Shown one piece after another: positions 61,889-64,000 of a stretch of 64,000 nucleotides of DNA. The DNA is taken from NCBI GenBank assembly GCA_963667845.2, contig CAXXVL010000002.1:768001-832000 (forward strand), given 5' to 3'. Under the pieces are notes generated by a model. It was given only the letters and a program-made list of their open reading frames with translations, was not told the DNA's origin and ran no database searches. Position numbers and translations under genes: made by a program. The first letter of the stretch is position 1; every line of letters begins with the position of its first letter. The DNA comes from Smithellaceae bacterium. GTDB lineage: Bacteria; Desulfobacterota; Syntrophia; Syntrophales; Smithellaceae.

Positions 61889-62982
61889 TTTTCTATCTCC
61901 TGCCGCTCGCGGCGGACTATAACAGTTTCATATCTCATTGGCTGGTCATCCAGATTAATGTCCCGCTCGGGAATGGCTGCATCCAGACCGCACATTTCCG
62001 ACGAAAAGGCGAAAATGCCCGGACGTCCTCCGACCACGCCGGGGCGCAGTTTCTTGGAATCCTGCACCATGAACATCGACTTGTCCGGCAGGCAGCCGAT
62101 GACGCAGTTCGGACCGTCGATAATCAGCGGCCGGCAGCTTTGCTTCAACCTTCGCAGGAGCTTGCCGTCGGGATGTTTTACGAGTTCGTCATCCTTCAGC
62201 GGTGTAATGATATGTTTGTACATTTCCATGCTGAGACCAAGCTTCGTTTGCATGTAATGCAGGATGTGCGTAAAGACTTCCGAGTCGGACTTGTAGCCCA
62301 CGTAACCGGGAAAATTGCGCGACATCAGGAATTCGCGAATCGGCACAAAGGCCGTATTCTCGCCATTGGTCATGGTGGACATCCCCTGGATGAAGAAAGG
62401 ATGACAAGCGTAGATATCGATCGAGTAGTTGGTATTCTGGCGTCCCTGGCTCAGGATGGTGCGCGCCGACAGCTCTTTGCGGTCGAGCCCCAGATATTGG
62501 GCCACGGTTAAAGGGTCACCCACTTCCTTGATCATAATGACATCCGGCCAAAAACTGAAAATCAGCATCGACTTGTCTTTCTCGCCCTTTTCCTGAAGTT
62601 GCAACTGCACCATCATCAGGCGAAACTGAATTTCTTCCTGGCTTAAGCCTTCCCAGTCCGCGGGGTATTCATACACGCGAATGACGTAATTATCTCTCTT
62701 GGGTGTACCCGCCGGCGTTGATTTCGTGGGGCGGAAGGACAGCTTGTATTTGACCATGAAATCGAGATCGATCATGAAGCGGTCGAGCGCCTTGATTCCC
62801 TCATTGGAAAATATGCCGGACAGAATCGGCTCATTTTTGAATTTTTCAAATTCGCCGCCCAGATCCGTTAAAAATAATCCCACACCGGAACCATCGTGCC
62901 CTTCTTTCATGACATTGAGCGCATTGATGGCCATCATCGGTGATAGTGGATCATTGCTGGTTACTGCAAACAAACGACACAT
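61852..62982 (-). CDS. Class II glutamine amidotransferase (GltB1-like)
   Basis: N-terminal MCRLF (Cys nucleophile), GHDGSG, QGRQNTN, CHPF, NGEN, SDSEV, KLRP. RBS GGAGGT. Confidence 0.88.
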   Translation of the reverse strand: MCRLFAVTSNDPLSPMMAINALNVMKEGHDGSGVGLFLTDLGGEFEKFKNEPILSGIFSNEGIKALDRFMIDLDFMVKYKLSFRPTKSTPAGTPKRDNYVIRVYEYPADWEGLSQEEIQFRLMMVQLQLQEKGEKDKSMLIFSFWPDVIMIKEVGDPLTVAQYLGLDRKELSARTILSQGRQNTNYSIDIYACHPFFIQGMSTMTNGENTAFVPIREFLMSRNFPGYVGYKSDSEVFTHILHYMQTKLGLSMEMYKHIITPLKDDELVKHPDGKLLRRLKQSCRPLIIDGPNCVIGCLPDKSMFMVQDSKKLRPGVVGGRPGIFAFSSEMCGLDAAIPERDINLDDQPMRYETVIVRRERQEIEKWNQWDALPHLH

Positions 62983-63037
62983 AAAGATTTTACCTCCCTC
63001 ACCGCCGCATTCGAGCTTGGAACGGCGGAATGATAAT

Positions 63038-63067
63038 TGCCAAGATCATGCCAGAATCAACGATTTA
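63038..63067 (-). promoter_or_regulatory. Sigma54 (-24/-12) promoter with adjacent IHF-like site
   Basis: Minus strand CTGGCATGATCTTGGCA (GG-N10-GC) at 63038-63054. AATCAA-N4-TTA at 63055-63067. Confidence 0.7.
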
Positions 63068-63138
63068 CAGCGTATTGTTTAATTATCCGTTATACCGACT
63101 TATTTTCTCCAATCGGCTACTTGTCTGTTTTCAGATGA

Positions 63139-63181
63139 GAACAATTTTGTAATTTTATAATAAATATGGACATTATTGTTC
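63139..63181. promoter_or_regulatory. Candidate paired enhancer sites (ACA-N4-TGT core)
   Basis: GAACAATTTTGTAA (63139-63152) and GGACATTATTGTTC (63168-63181), about 85-130 bp upstream of the sigma54 site. Confidence 0.45.
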
Positions 63182-63248
63182 TATTTCAATTTTTTCGTTT
63201 TTACAGCGGCAAGGATTTCAGAAAAACGGATAAACAGAACGTCTCCTA

Positions 63249-64000
63249 TCATTCGGAATCATTACTTTTTTTACGAAAGTGCTTCGGATCAATGCCCATC
63301 TTCGATATTTTATATTGGATAATGCGTTTGGTTGTACCCAGCATTTTGGCGGCTTTGGTCTGATTGCCTCCCGTCTCCTCCAGCGCGTCGATAATAAGCG
63401 ATCTCTCTTGCGCCTCGACAACTGAAGAGAGCTTGCTGCGATCTTTGCGATCCAGCTCTTTTTCCTTGAGCTGCAACGAGGGCGGCAGGTGGACTGTGTC
63501 TACGACATCCGTCTTGGTCAACAGCACGGCCCGCTCCATGCAGTTTTCCAGTTCGCGGACGTTTCCCGGCCACTTGTGCGATAAAAACACTTCGATGGCC
63601 GCCGTCGAAATTCTTTTCACGTTTTTGTTCATTTCCTTATTGTATTTCAAAAGAAAGTGATCAGCGAGGAGAATCACATCACTGCCTCGCTCACGCAAGG
63701 GCGGCAAATAAATGGGAAATACATTCAGCCGATAAAACAAATCCGCCCGGAAACGGTCGGCCAGAATATCCTGTTCCAGATTACGATTCGTGGCAGCGAT
63801 AATCCGCACATTGACATTGATCACCCGCGAAGAACCCAGAGGCTGAAAACGTTTTTCCTGTAATACCCGCAGAAGCTTGACCTGCGCGGCCGCTGAAAGC
63901 TCGCCCACCTCGTCCAGGAATATGGTCCCGCCGTTGGCTTCTTCAAAACGTCCCCGGCGTTGCTGCAGCGCCCCCGTAAACGCGCCTTTTTCGTGGCCAA
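63249..64000 (-). CDS. Sigma54-dependent Fis-family activator, 3' part (5' end outside the window)
   Basis: The frame extends to the window edge: [52 protein letters not shown]. Confidence 0.95.
   Translation of the reverse strand, partial: GHEKGAFTGALQQRRGRFEEANGGTIFLDEVGELSAAAQVKLLRVLQEKRFQPLGSSRVINVNVRIIAATNRNLEQDILADRFRADLFYRLNVFPIYLPPLRERGSDVILLADHFLLKYNKEMNKNVKRISTAAIEVFLSHKWPGNVRELENCMERAVLLTKTDVVDTVHLPPSLQLKEKELDRKDRSKLSSVVEAQERSLIIDALEETGGNQTKAAKMLGTTKRIIQYKISKMGIDPKHFRKKSNDSE

Overview
A 64 kb, mid-GC, metabolism-dense chromosomal window from an anaerobic bacterium. Its gene content suggests a syntrophic, fatty-acid-oxidising deltaproteobacterium (Syntrophales-like); this is inference, not a database result. 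I found no rRNA, tRNA, CRISPR array, phage gene or intact transposase. Contents in order: (1) a partial thiolase, a CoA-transferase-fold/GNAT fusion and a six-PAS hybrid kinase; (2) a two-subunit biotin carboxylase and CstA; (3) acyl-CoA enzymes and an HTH-less Lrp/AsnC protein; (4) a LivHMGF-type ABC operon carrying two family III CoA-transferases; (5) a decaying stretch with a frameshifted binding protein; (6) a thiolase-abfD-AOR/ADH fusion-acyl-CoA dehydrogenase cluster; (7) a GMC flavoprotein-polyferredoxin-AOR operon; (8) a glutamine cluster with a sigma54 activator, split glutamate synthase, type III glutamine synthetase and carA-guaA-carB-purF. Best candidates for undescribed biology: the AOR-alcohol dehydrogenase fusion beside abfD, the GMC/ferredoxin/AOR operon, a probably inactive CoA-transferase domain fused to a Pat-type acetyltransferase, and an ABC-linked CoA-transferase pair with one inactive subunit. 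All product calls come from motif recognition by eye.
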